From positions 302,039 through 366,038 of the forward strand of contig CAWGRH010000001.1 in the NCBI GenBank assembly GCA_963824905.1: 64,000 bases of DNA. The letters run 5' to 3'. Positions 40,120 through 48,985 of the stretch are shown here, in pieces. Positions within the stretch are counted from its first letter, which is position 1. Each line of letters begins with the position of its first letter. Below the pieces are notes generated by a model. The model saw only the letters and a list, made by a program, of their open reading frames with translations. It searched no databases and was not told the origin of the DNA. Source of the stretch: an uncultured Alphaproteobacteria bacterium. Its GTDB lineage: Bacteria; Pseudomonadota; Alphaproteobacteria; Rhizobiales; Xanthobacteraceae. The position numbers were made by a program, and so were the translations under genes.

Positions 40120-41018
40120 GCGCCATGCTCCCCGCTGTGCAGCGCGCGGTCCTCGACGTCGCGCATGCCGCGGCTCGCTTCCTCGCGCAGGTCGCTCCAG
40201 ATTTCGGCGACGTAGCGGCCGAACGCCTCGCTCGAGACGATTTCCGAGGAGCGGGGTCGCGGCAGCTCGACCTCGACGATGCGCTTCACCTTTCCCGGCC
40301 GGTAGCTCATGACGAGGATGCGGTCGGAGAGCTGCACCGCCTCGGTGATGTTGTGGGTGATGAGCAGCGTCGTCTGCTTGAGGTCCTGCTGGATCTGCAG
40401 GACCTTGTCGCCGAGCAGGAGCCGGGTCTGCTCGTCGAGCGAGGCGAACGGCTCGTCCATCAGGAGAATCTTCGGCTCCGAGGCGAGCGTGCGGGCGATG
40501 GCGACGCGCTGGCGCATGCCGCCGGAGAGCTCGTTCGGATAGCGGTTCTCGAAGCCGGTGAGGCCGACCAGCGAAATGAACCGCTTCGCCTTGTCGAGCC
40601 GCGCCTTCTTTGCCATCCCGGCGATCTCGAGCGGGAAGGCGACGTTCTCGATCACGGTACGCCACGGAAAGGTGGATTCTTCCTGGAACACCATGCCGAT
40701 CGCGGGATGCGGGCCGCGCACGGTCTCGCCGCCCACGGTGACATTGCCCTGATAGTTGTCGAGGAGCCCGCCGACCACGTTGAACAATGTGGACTTGCCG
40801 CAGCCGGACGGGCCGATCACGGCAAGGAATTCGCCGGGCCGTACCGAGAGCGAGACATGGTCGACTGCGACCAGCGGTCCTTCCGGCGTCTCGAACTGCA
40901 CGAAGATGTCGCTGACGTCGAGAATGCCCTGCGCGCCGCGCGCACCATCCGTCCGTCCCGCCAGCGTCGCCACGCTCGCCATCGCTCCCTCTCGCGCCTT
41001 CATTTGGCGCAGTTTCAA
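40116..41018 (-). CDS. ABC transporter ATP-binding protein (NitT/TauT family)
   Basis: Walker A GPSGCGKST, signature LSGGMRQRVAIAR, Walker B ILLMDEPF. The start could also be M6 or M13. Confidence 0.9.
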   Translation of the reverse strand: MKLRQMKAREGAMASVATLAGRTDGARGAQGILDVSDIFVQFETPEGPLVAVDHVSLSVRPGEFLAVIGPSGCGKSTLFNVVGGLLDNYQGNVTVGGETVRGPHPAIGMVFQEESTFPWRTVIENVAFPLEIAGMAKKARLDKAKRFISLVGLTGFENRYPNELSGGMRQRVAIARTLASEPKILLMDEPFASLDEQTRLLLGDKVLQIQQDLKQTTLLITHNITEAVQLSDRILVMSYRPGKVKRIVEVELPRPRSSEIVSSEAFGRYVAEIWSDLREEASRGMRDVEDRALHSGEHGA

Positions 41019-41041
41019 TTTCCAGTCGCCGGGCTTGTCTG

Positions 41042-41159
41042 CTCCCTCCCCCTACTTCAGGGGGAGGGTCGGGGTGGGGGTCCGCTGAGTTTCGCCATGG
41101 CACTGCGCCTGCGGCCCGCGATCCCCACCCCAACCCTCCCCTTTTCAAGGGGAGGGGGG
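41042..41159. repeat. intergenic palindromic repeat, family D, inside the operon
   Basis: ctccctccccctacttcagggggaggg ... ccccaccccaaccctccccttttcaaggggaggg. Confidence 0.85.
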
Positions 41160-41177
41160 TAGCGCTCGCCCGCGACA

Positions 41178-42993
41178 TTACCCGGTCTTGCGCGCCATCG
41201 CACCGCCGGCGTCGCGGGCGCCATAGCCCGGCTCGATGCGAACGTCGACCACGGCGACCTCGCCGGCATCTACGGCAGCGATGGCCTCGGCGAGCACGCG
41301 CTGGCAACTCCTCGGCCTTGGCGATCGGCCCGTAGCCGCGCGCGCCCTGGGCCCGCGCAAGCGCCGCCATGTCGATCTCCGGATCGAGCATTTTTTGCCC
41401 AATCCATTTGTTGTCGACCGGGCGGTTGCGCAGGATCGCCATCCGCTCCTGGTGAACCTCGTCGTTGTAGAACGAGCGATTGTTGGCGACGATGATCAGG
41501 AGGGGAATGCGGTAGTGCACCGCAGTCCACAGCGACGTCGCGCTCATCAGGAAGTCGCCGTCGCCGCAGATGCCGATCGGCAGCCGGCCCGACCCCTTGA
41601 GCGCGAGCGCCGCGCCGACCGAAATGCCGGGGCCGCCGCCGACGCCGCCGCCGCCATCCGAGCCCAAGAAGTCGAGCGGGTGGCGGAAATGCCAGAACGA
41701 GGTCTGCCAGGAGAGCGGCAGATGGGCGAGCGACACGTCGCGCTTGCCGACCACGCCGCGCAGCGCATGGGCGAGGTCCTCGATGCCGAGCGCGCGGCCG
41801 GGCTTCGGCTCATGTAAAGGCCGCGCGGGTCCCGCGGACGCCGTGCGCGCGCCCGGCCCGATCGCCTGGACGAGAGCCGCAGTCGCCGTATCCGGATCGG
41901 CCGAGATGAAGAGGTCGACCGGCGGGAGGGCCTGGTAGTCCATGCTCCAGCCGTTGTGGAGCTGATGGTCGAGCGAAATCTGGATCACCTTGCCGGCCGG
42001 CGCCCCGCCGAGCGGCTTGAAGGTGCCGGCGAGATCGACCCAGTCGAGACTCACGATGACGTCGGCGTCCTTGAGGAGCGGCGTCAGTTCGTCCTTGGTG
42101 AACACCATCGGCGCATCGACATGGAGCGGATGGTCGGTGGGGAAGGCCGCCCCGACCTTGAGGTTGGTGCAAACGCGCGCGCCAATTGCTTCGGCCAAGG
42201 CGACGCGATGTTTCCACGCGGTCTCGTCGCGCGACACCCGGCCGGCGAGGATGACCGGGCGCTTGGCCGCCTTGAGCCATTCCGCGGCCTGCCGGATGGC
42301 ATCGGCGGGCGGGGCGTTCACGACCGGCGGCATGTACCGGTTGACGTCGCAGGGCGGCAGCGGCTTCTCGAGCACCGACTCCTGCATGTCGGCATCGAGA
42401 TTGATGTAGACCGGGCCCTGCGGCGCGGTGTTGGCGAGCCACGCGCCGCGCAGCAGCGATTCACGCGCGGCGGCCGGGGAGGCGGGCTGGTCGTCCCACT
42501 TGGTGTAGGGGCGCACGATCGCGCCCTGGTCGGCGGCGGTGTGGATCCAGTCGATCCACGGCCGGCGCTTTGCCGCGTCGACCGGGCCGGTGGCGCCGAG
42601 GATGACGATCGGCATGCGGTCGCACCAGGCGTTGAAGATCGCCATGGTGGCGTGGAACAGCCCGACATTGGAATGTACCGCGGCGCCCATCGCCTTGCCG
42701 GTGACCTTGGCATAGCCGTGGGCGATCGCGACCGCCGCCTCTTCGTGCAGGCACAACAGCATCTGCGGCGCGGCGTTGCCGATGTAATTGACCAGGCTGT
42801 CGTGCAGGCCGCGATAGCTCGCCCCGGGATTGAGCGCGATATAGGGAATGTCGAGATCGCGCAGCACCTCGGCCACGACATCGCTGCCGAAGCCGGCCGC
42901 ATTGGTGCCGGACGGGATCGGACGCTCGACGGCGGCGGTGTCGATCTTGTGCGCTTGGGGCGGCCGAACGGGTGCGGCTTCGCGTGTTGACAT
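41178..42993 (-). pseudogene. thiamine-diphosphate-dependent enzyme (acetolactate-synthase-like), one extra base near 41304
   Basis: TPP_enzyme N, M and C domains (GDGDFLMSATSLWTAVHYRIPLLIIVANN). After ...GPIAKAEEL the natural C-terminus QRVLAEAIAAVDAGEVAVVDVRIEPGY...* lies in the +1 frame and ends at 41178. Confidence 0.85.
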
Positions 42994-43404
42994 CGGGGCG
43001 GGGCTTTCTGATCAGGCGGATTGGGGACGCGATCCAAGCCGATCACGAGCCTTCACGCAACCGGGCCGGCACGGTGAGAGTGGCCGAGCCGTGACGACCC
43101 AGTTCCGGCTGTTGCCGAGTGCACGAGCGCCGTCGCGTTCGCTCAGAAGTTGAGACCGCGCTGCCGGTATTATTGAACGGCGACGAATTTGTGGCTTCCG
43201 TGTCACAGGTCGGGTGCAAACTACAAGCAATACCCAGGGAACTCGTTGATTCGTTGCGGTGCGCCGGTAGAGGTATAGCCGGGTGTTGTGGGTAGCGTGA
43301 TACGGGACAGTGTTCTAACGGCGTCCCGCGGTGATGTCGCAGAGTTGTACCGTCGGCGATGGGGTCCGGCGGGGACGTATGCGGTGCAGTAGTGGGGTGG
43401 GGAC

Positions 43405-43626
43405 ATGAACGCTTTCGATGTCGAGTCGTTTATTGCGGAAATGGATCGCATGGGCGTCAGGTTGACGGCGCTTCCGCTCGCGGACGGGACCGTCCGGGTG
43501 AACCGCTGGCGCACCATGTCGGCGGTCGAGCACGGCCACAGGATCGATCATCTCTGGGGTTCGGTCGGTCATGACCAAACCCGGATGGAGACCCTGGCGG
43601 CCCATCTCATGAAGCGGGCGGCCTGA
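43405..43626 (+). CDS. hypothetical protein (73 aa)
   Basis: An ORF with a GGGGTGGGG RBS-like stretch. No family recognised. Confidence 0.35.
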   Translation: MNAFDVESFIAEMDRMGVRLTALPLADGTVRVNRWRTMSAVEHGHRIDHLWGSVGHDQTRMETLAAHLMKRAA

Positions 43627-43804
43627 GGCCGAGGGTCCGAGGAGCTGCCGGCGCAGTGGTCACGGGATCATCGCCGGTCGCTCGCGTCGGTCGGTGGGCT
43701 CTCGTCTGAGCGCGCGTCGGGAAAGTGCGTCGGCGGCGGCACGCGGTATCGGTGATGCCGGGCGGTCTGATATCTAGCGGTCCTCAGATATGGGGAACCG
43801 CACG

Positions 43805-44434
43805 ATGAAGCTCTACGATTATGCGCCAGCGCCCAATCCGCGCCGGGTGCGCATGTTTCTCGCCGAGAAGGGCATCGCTCTGCCGACGGTCCAGATCGAT
43901 CTGCGCGCCAACGCGCAGTTCCTGCCCGAATTTCGCGCCATCAATCCCGACTGCACCGTGCCGGTGCTCGAGCTCGATGACGGCACCCGTGTCGCCGACG
44001 TCATGGCGATCTGCGTCTATTTCGAGGTGCTGCAGCCGGAGCCCGCGCTGATGGGGGTCGGTCCGCTCGGTAGCGCCACCGTCACCGCCTGGCAGCGCGA
44101 GGTCGAGCGCGACGGCTTCTTCGCGGTCGCGGAGGCGCTGCGCAATTCTTCTCCCGCCTTCAAAGGACGGGCGCTGCCGGGCGCCGAGGACTACGAGCAG
44201 ATTGCGGCCCTCGTCGAGCGCGGGCGGGCCCGGGTCGCGAAGTTCTTTCACACGCTCGACGCCCGCCTCGCTGCGCATGAATTCGTCGCCGGCGATGCGT
44301 TCTCGATCGCCGACATCACTGCGGTAGTGGCAGTCGATTTCGCCCGCTGGATCAAGCTCACAGCGGCCGAGGACTTGGTTCACCTGCGCCGCTGGCACAC
44401 GGACATATCGGCGCGCCCGAGCGCCAAGGCGTAA
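43805..44434 (+). CDS. glutathione S-transferase
   Basis: MKLYDYAPAPNPRRVRMFLAEKGI... thioredoxin-like N-domain (VPVLELDDG) and a helical C-domain. Confidence 0.88.
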   Translation: MKLYDYAPAPNPRRVRMFLAEKGIALPTVQIDLRANAQFLPEFRAINPDCTVPVLELDDGTRVADVMAICVYFEVLQPEPALMGVGPLGSATVTAWQREVERDGFFAVAEALRNSSPAFKGRALPGAEDYEQIAALVERGRARVAKFFHTLDARLAAHEFVAGDAFSIADITAVVAVDFARWIKLTAAEDLVHLRRWHTDISARPSAKA

Positions 44435-44512
44435 CAGTCAGGTGCGTCCAAGACGGTCACTGCGCTGCTTGACCCTGCCGTATGCACACGTCTGTTCGGA
44501 TGCTCCGGCCTG

Positions 44513-44670
44513 CTCCCTCTCCCCGCGTGCGGGGAGAGGGTCGGGGTGAGGGGGCGGTTTCACGATTCTGAGCCTTCGAGGATTTCCACTGACACTCAGA
44601 CTCGCGAAACCGCCCCCTCACCCGGACCGCTTCGCGCTCCGACCTCTCCCCGCGCGCGGGGAGAGGTGAT
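44513..44670. repeat. intergenic palindromic repeat, family E (ctctccccgcgtgcggggagagg ... )
   Basis: Two terminal hairpins ctctccccgcg(t/c)gcggggagag flank the internal inverted repeat gagggggcggtttc / gaaaccgccccctc. Confidence 0.85.
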
Positions 44671-44791
44671 CCCTGCCGCTCCGGAATGTGAATCTCGCAG
44701 GGTCAAGCCTTATCAAGCCGGGCGGACACAAAGTGGGTTCAATGTCGGCGCAGACTGCGCACGGAGGCTGTTCATCACGAGGTGCAGCGCG

Positions 44792-45448
44792 ATGTCGCCG
44801 GTCGCCAGATTCCTGTTCTCCATCGTCGGGTCCGCGTTCTATCTCAGCCTCGCCGTGCTCGGCTGGGGCGGGTTTGCCGCCTTCTTTTCCAATCCGGCAC
44901 GAACCGCCCTTGCGGTGGTAACGCTTCTCATAGGTGTCGCGGCGTTCTTCGCCGGCGGCAATCTGAGCCGCGGGGTGCGGGAGGACCGCAGCAACCGCTG
45001 GGTCATCGCGGTGCTGACCGTGATCGGGCTCGTCGCCGGCTATCTGCCGGCCCTGACCGATCGCCTGGATTTCTGGACCATCGACGGCAATGCCGTGCGC
45101 TGGCTCGGGGTCGCGCTGTACGCCGTCGGCGCGGCCCTGCGGCTGTGGCCAGTCTATGTGCTCGGCAACCGCTTCAGCGGCCTCGTCGCCATCCAGCCGG
45201 GGCACACCCTCCTCACCACCGGCATCTACAGCGTGATCCGGCACCCGAGCTACCTCGGGCTCTTCGTCAATGCGCTGGGCTGGGCGCTCGCGTTCCGCTC
45301 CGTCGTCGGCGTGCTGCTCGCCCTTTCGACCCTGGTGCCGCTGGTCGGCCGCATCGTCGCCGAAGAAAGGCTGCTGCAGACCCAATTCGGCAGCGAATAT
45401 GACGCCTACCGGGCGCGCACGTCGCGGCTGATCCCGGGAGTGTGGTAG
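44792..45448 (+). CDS. isoprenylcysteine carboxyl methyltransferase (ICMT)/phospholipid methyltransferase family membrane protein
   Basis: Multi-TM protein with the C-terminal motif TTGIYSVIRHPSYLG...EERLLQTQFGSEYDAYRARTSRLIP. Confidence 0.85.
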   Translation: MSPVARFLFSIVGSAFYLSLAVLGWGGFAAFFSNPARTALAVVTLLIGVAAFFAGGNLSRGVREDRSNRWVIAVLTVIGLVAGYLPALTDRLDFWTIDGNAVRWLGVALYAVGAALRLWPVYVLGNRFSGLVAIQPGHTLLTTGIYSVIRHPSYLGLFVNALGWALAFRSVVGVLLALSTLVPLVGRIVAEERLLQTQFGSEYDAYRARTSRLIPGVW

Positions 45449-45627
45449 GCGGGGATTCCGCCGCATGGGCGCGTCGTCCCGCGCAGGCCGCATATCGGCA
45501 TCGCCGGGCTTTTCCGCGGAATTGACAAAAAGCCGGCTAAGTTGGCGTCGGGTGCGCGCTTGCGATCACGGAGCGCGCCACGTCCTGGGGGCTCGATTCC
45601 GGCGAGTAGCCGATGGGGAGAAGTTCC

Positions 45628-45915
45628 ATGCGAAGCTTGGTGGCGACGATGGTGATCGTGGCGATCGCGAGCCCGGCCTATGCCCAGGTTTCCCCGGGCG
45701 GTCCCCCGGGAAGCTCTTCGGACAGCGCGAGGCCCAGCCTCACCCTGGGCGGCGGGGTCAAATCGAAGACCGCGGACGAATTGAAGGAGGAGAAGGAGCG
45801 GGACAGTGCCTACAAAGCAGGCGCTGCCAAGATCCCCGACCAGAAAGCGAAGTCCGACCCTTGGGGCAATCTTCGCACCGCCGCGCCCAAGGCGACCGCG
45901 CAGAAGCCGAAATAG
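45628..45915 (+). CDS. small secreted Lys/Ala/Pro-rich protein
   Basis: Signal peptide MRSLVATMVIVAIASPAYAQ. GGGGAG RBS. Low-complexity mature part. Confidence 0.55.
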   Translation: MRSLVATMVIVAIASPAYAQVSPGGPPGSSSDSARPSLTLGGGVKSKTADELKEEKERDSAYKAGAAKIPDQKAKSDPWGNLRTAAPKATAQKPK

Positions 45916-45933
45916 GGGGGCAGTAGTCCATCC

Positions 45934-46026
45934 GCGTCATCGCCGGGCTTGACCCGGCGATCCCGATCATGTGGCACGGCCGCGCCTTGATAAGCGGGAT
46001 GGCCGGTCAAGCCAGCCCATGACGAC
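45934..46026. repeat. intergenic palindromic repeat, family B
   Basis: gcgtcatcgccgggcttgacccggcgatcccgatcatgtggcacgg... is inverted relative to the copy at 35659. Confidence 0.85.
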
Positions 46027-46047
46027 TGTGATGATATTGCGCTCGGA

Positions 46048-46395
46048 CTAATGCGTCTGCCGCACCTTGATCATGCGGCAGAGCTCCGCGATCTCGATCG
46101 GCTCCAAGGGGTCCTGCTCCGACGCGGGCCGTCTGAAAGTATCCGGTCGCGCGGACATGAGGATGATCGGCCCACGCGGGCTGCGCTTCTTGATCAACTG
46201 TGCCAGCGCGAGGCTGCGCGGTTCGCCGGCCCGATCGGTGACGATCACGTCGATCGCGTCCGAGCCGTCGAAGGGAACTCCGGGATCGAGCGCAAGAAAC
46301 GTGCGCATTCCCACGCTCTCGAACGAGCGCGCCGCCGCGCGCGCGAACGCAGCATCGTCGTCAACCGTCAAAACGAAAATCGATCCCCCAGGCAT
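46048..46395 (-). CDS. stand-alone CheY-like receiver domain protein (atypical)
   Basis: IFVLTVDDDAAF...IDVIVTDR...PIILMSARPD has the receiver acidic pocket, Asp and Ser. The usual Lys-Pro appears to be Glu-Pro. Confidence 0.5.
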   Translation of the reverse strand: MPGGSIFVLTVDDDAAFARAAARSFESVGMRTFLALDPGVPFDGSDAIDVIVTDRAGEPRSLALAQLIKKRSPRGPIILMSARPDTFRRPASEQDPLEPIEIAELCRMIKVRQTH

Positions 46396-46724
46396 TGCCT
46401 GCGCCCCGCCCCAAATCAGGACATTAATAACATAAATAGCCGTGACAAAAATCACACAGCGCAAGTTTAAACACGGCGCTTCCACTCCCGCGGGAACAAC
46501 GTGTGGCGCGGATGACGCTATTTTCAGCAAATTCGACGAGTGGCTGTGGCTGCCGCAGGGCCGAAGGAAAGCGGACCGTGCAGTCCCCCGCAGGAGAACA
46601 CGGTATTTGGTTCACTAAAACGTGGGTGGGCACCTCATCAAATATTTCTTCGAACCTTTCAGCCGGTGATGTGACGAAACAATCAGGGGCACAATGAAAC
46701 GAAACTGAAACAGGGACAAAGACC

Positions 46725-46820
46725 ATGGGCACCACCCGCTTCTTTGGTCTCGATTCGTTCGAGTGGTCCGTAACGCTCGCGAGCTCAGCGCTGATCGCGC
46801 TCGCCGTATGGGTGATGTGA
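46725..46820 (+). CDS. 31-aa single-TM small protein (sORF, RxFGLD..W family)
   Basis: MGTTRFFGLDSFEWSVTLASSALIALAVWVM resembles the 21238-21354 sORF (RVFGLDLGDWSMLLGGSMLIVVVALLV). Confidence 0.4.
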   Translation: MGTTRFFGLDSFEWSVTLASSALIALAVWVM

Positions 46821-47129
46821 GGAGCTCCCTGAGGCTTCTCAATTTGCGTTGAAGGCGCGAGCGCACGCCGCGCCCACGGTCGACATCGGAGCCATTCGTT
46901 CGCCCGCGATGCGGGGGAGGCACCGGCGTTCCAGCCGAAGCTCCGAAGCCCCCGATTCGGTGTTAAGCTCCGGCTGAATCCGACGTCTCGTGCGCGAGTT
47001 CTCCATGGAGCCTTTGCCGATCGCCCGATCCAAGTTCCCAGCCGAGGCGTCTCCAGTCGCGGCATGTCCAGCCGCGGCGTCACGTAGCCGGCGGTGCAGG
47101 CTGCGTCACACGACAGGAGGGGAGGGCAT

Positions 47130-48590
47130 ATGAAACGCCGCCAATTTCTGCATCTTGCAGCCGGTGCGCTCCCGCTAGCGTGGAGCGTTGCCCGCGCCGA
47201 TGACGCAACGTCTCGCCGGCCGTCCCTCGCAGCGCGCCTTGCCGCCTATGCCGACGGCCTGCGCTACGACGACCTCGACGACGCGACCGTCGAGAGCGTC
47301 AAGGTGCACATCATCGACGCGCTCGGCTGCGGCCTTGCGGCCTTCGACGAGAAGCCGGTGCGCATCTGCCGCAGCGTCGCGCTCGCGCACGGTGGCGGCG
47401 GCGCGACCGTCATCGGCACCACGCGGCGCGCCGCGCCAGACCTTGCGGCCTTCGCCAACGGTGCCGCCATCCGCTATCTCGACCTCAACGACGCCTATGT
47501 CGGCCGCATCACCGGGCATCCGAGCGACAACATCGCGGCGTGCCTCGCGGTCGCGGAGGCCGAGCATGCGACCACCGCGGAGCTGATCACCGCGGTTGCC
47601 CTTGCCTACGAGGTCAATTGCCGGCTGATCGATGCCTTCGACGCCAATATCGCCGTCCGCGGCTGGGACGTTCCGGTCTTGAGCCTGCCTGCCGTCGCGC
47701 TCGCCGCCGGCAAGCTGATGAAGCTCACTCCCGACCGCCTGGAGCAGGCCGTCAATCTCGCGGTGAACGATCACATTCCGCTCGGCCAGACGCGGGCGCA
47801 AACGCTGTCCGACTGGAAGGGGATCGCCGACGCCGAAGCGGCGCGCAATGCCGTCTTCGCGGCGATGCTCGCGCGCGAAGGGTTGACGGGCCCGACACCG
47901 ATCTTCGAAGGGAAGTGGGGCTTCTTCACACTCGTCGCCGGTTCGGCCGAACTCGATGTCGGCGCGTTCGGCCGGCGCGGCCTCCCGTTCCTGGTGCACA
48001 AATGCGGCCTCAAGAGCTACGCGGCCCACATCACCGCGCAGACCGCGATTCCCGCGGCCGCCGCGCTCGCGAAAGAGATCGGCACTCTCGATCGCATCAC
48101 GGCGCTCGAGATCGGCACCACCCGCCGCGGTCGCCAGGTCGCCGGGACCGATCCCGAGAAATGGGCGCCGGACACCAAGGAGACCGCGGATCACAGCCTG
48201 CCCTATATCGTGGCCCGCGCGATGTTCGACGGCACCATCGACAACGAGAGCTACGCACCGGAAAAGCTGCACGATCCGCGCCTCCTCGCCTTCATGCAAA
48301 AGATCACCGTGAAAGAGGACCCCGCCTTCGCAATGCTCACCGGCGACGTGCCGCCAACGCGGCTTACTGCGACGCTTGACGACGGGCGACGCGTCGTACG
48401 CCTCGTCGACAAGATGCCCGGTTTTCCCGGTCAGCCGATGAGCCGTGCTGACGTCGAGCGGAAATTCCGCAGCAACGTCGGCAGCCGGTGGCCGCGGGAG
48501 CGGACCGACGCGGTTCTCCAGGCATTGTGGACGCTCGAGGAGGCGAACGACCTGTCGGCTCTGCTGGGCAAGCTCGTGGTGCAGGCGTAG
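47130..48590 (+). CDS. MmgE/PrpD family protein with twin-arginine signal peptide
   Basis: MKRRQFLHLAAGALPLAWSVARADD, then a PrpD-family body (VKVHIIDALGCGLAAF..., TADHSLPYIVARAMFDG). AGGAGGGGAGGG RBS. Confidence 0.85.
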   Translation: MKRRQFLHLAAGALPLAWSVARADDATSRRPSLAARLAAYADGLRYDDLDDATVESVKVHIIDALGCGLAAFDEKPVRICRSVALAHGGGGATVIGTTRRAAPDLAAFANGAAIRYLDLNDAYVGRITGHPSDNIAACLAVAEAEHATTAELITAVALAYEVNCRLIDAFDANIAVRGWDVPVLSLPAVALAAGKLMKLTPDRLEQAVNLAVNDHIPLGQTRAQTLSDWKGIADAEAARNAVFAAMLAREGLTGPTPIFEGKWGFFTLVAGSAELDVGAFGRRGLPFLVHKCGLKSYAAHITAQTAIPAAAALAKEIGTLDRITALEIGTTRRGRQVAGTDPEKWAPDTKETADHSLPYIVARAMFDGTIDNESYAPEKLHDPRLLAFMQKITVKEDPAFAMLTGDVPPTRLTATLDDGRRVVRLVDKMPGFPGQPMSRADVERKFRSNVGSRWPRERTDAVLQALWTLEEANDLSALLGKLVVQA

Positions 48591-48600
48591 GACGAGATCG

Positions 48601-48912
48601 ATGACCAGGAAGATTCCGAAGCGCGGCTTACCGCCCATGCATCCGGGCGAACTTCTGAGGGAGGAGATTTTGCCGGCGCTCGATCGGCCGAAGACCGAGA
48701 TCGCCAGGCTGCTCGGAGTGTCCCGCCAGACGCTCTACGACATCCTTGAGGGAAGGCAGCCGGTCACACCGATGATGGCCTTGCGGCTTGGAAAGCTGTG
48801 CGGAAATGGTCCCGATCTCTGGCTCAATCTGCAGAAGCGGTACGATCTGCACCGCGCCAAACAAGAGCTTGGAGAGAAGATCAACTCTATTCCGACGTTG
48901 GATGTGGCGTGA
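48601..48912 (+). CDS. higA: HigA-family antitoxin / XRE HTH protein (no cognate toxin adjacent)
   Basis: HPGELLREEILPAL...TEIARLLGVSRQTLYDILEGRQPVTPMMALRLGKLCGNGPDLWLNLQ is a typical HigA sequence. Confidence 0.85.
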   Translation: MTRKIPKRGLPPMHPGELLREEILPALDRPKTEIARLLGVSRQTLYDILEGRQPVTPMMALRLGKLCGNGPDLWLNLQKRYDLHRAKQELGEKINSIPTLDVA

Positions 48913-48985
48913 ACGGCTATCTCCAAGGATTGACGGGTCGCGCGACGGCGCTCGCCAATTTGATTAGATCAAGGTGGGCTGGTCG

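Noticed and set aside
39349-42993. A 1214-aa ORF that looks like a giant fusion of a ThDP enzyme, an Arg-rich linker and an ABC permease.
   Set aside because: The middle about 350 residues are Arg/Pro-rich nonsense read antisense-frame through a repeat element and out of frame through the ATPase gene. The ThDP protein has a normal C-terminus in the +1 frame ending at 41178. The permease has its own ATG at 40119 overlapping the ATPase stop. The fusion is an artefact of one extra base near 41304.
46424-47083. A 219-aa minus-strand ORF filling the gap between the receiver gene and the PrpD-family gene.
   Set aside because: Its composition is unremarkable and rich in Arg/Ser/Pro, it has no motifs and no RBS at its start, and it overlaps the better-supported sORF on the opposite strand.
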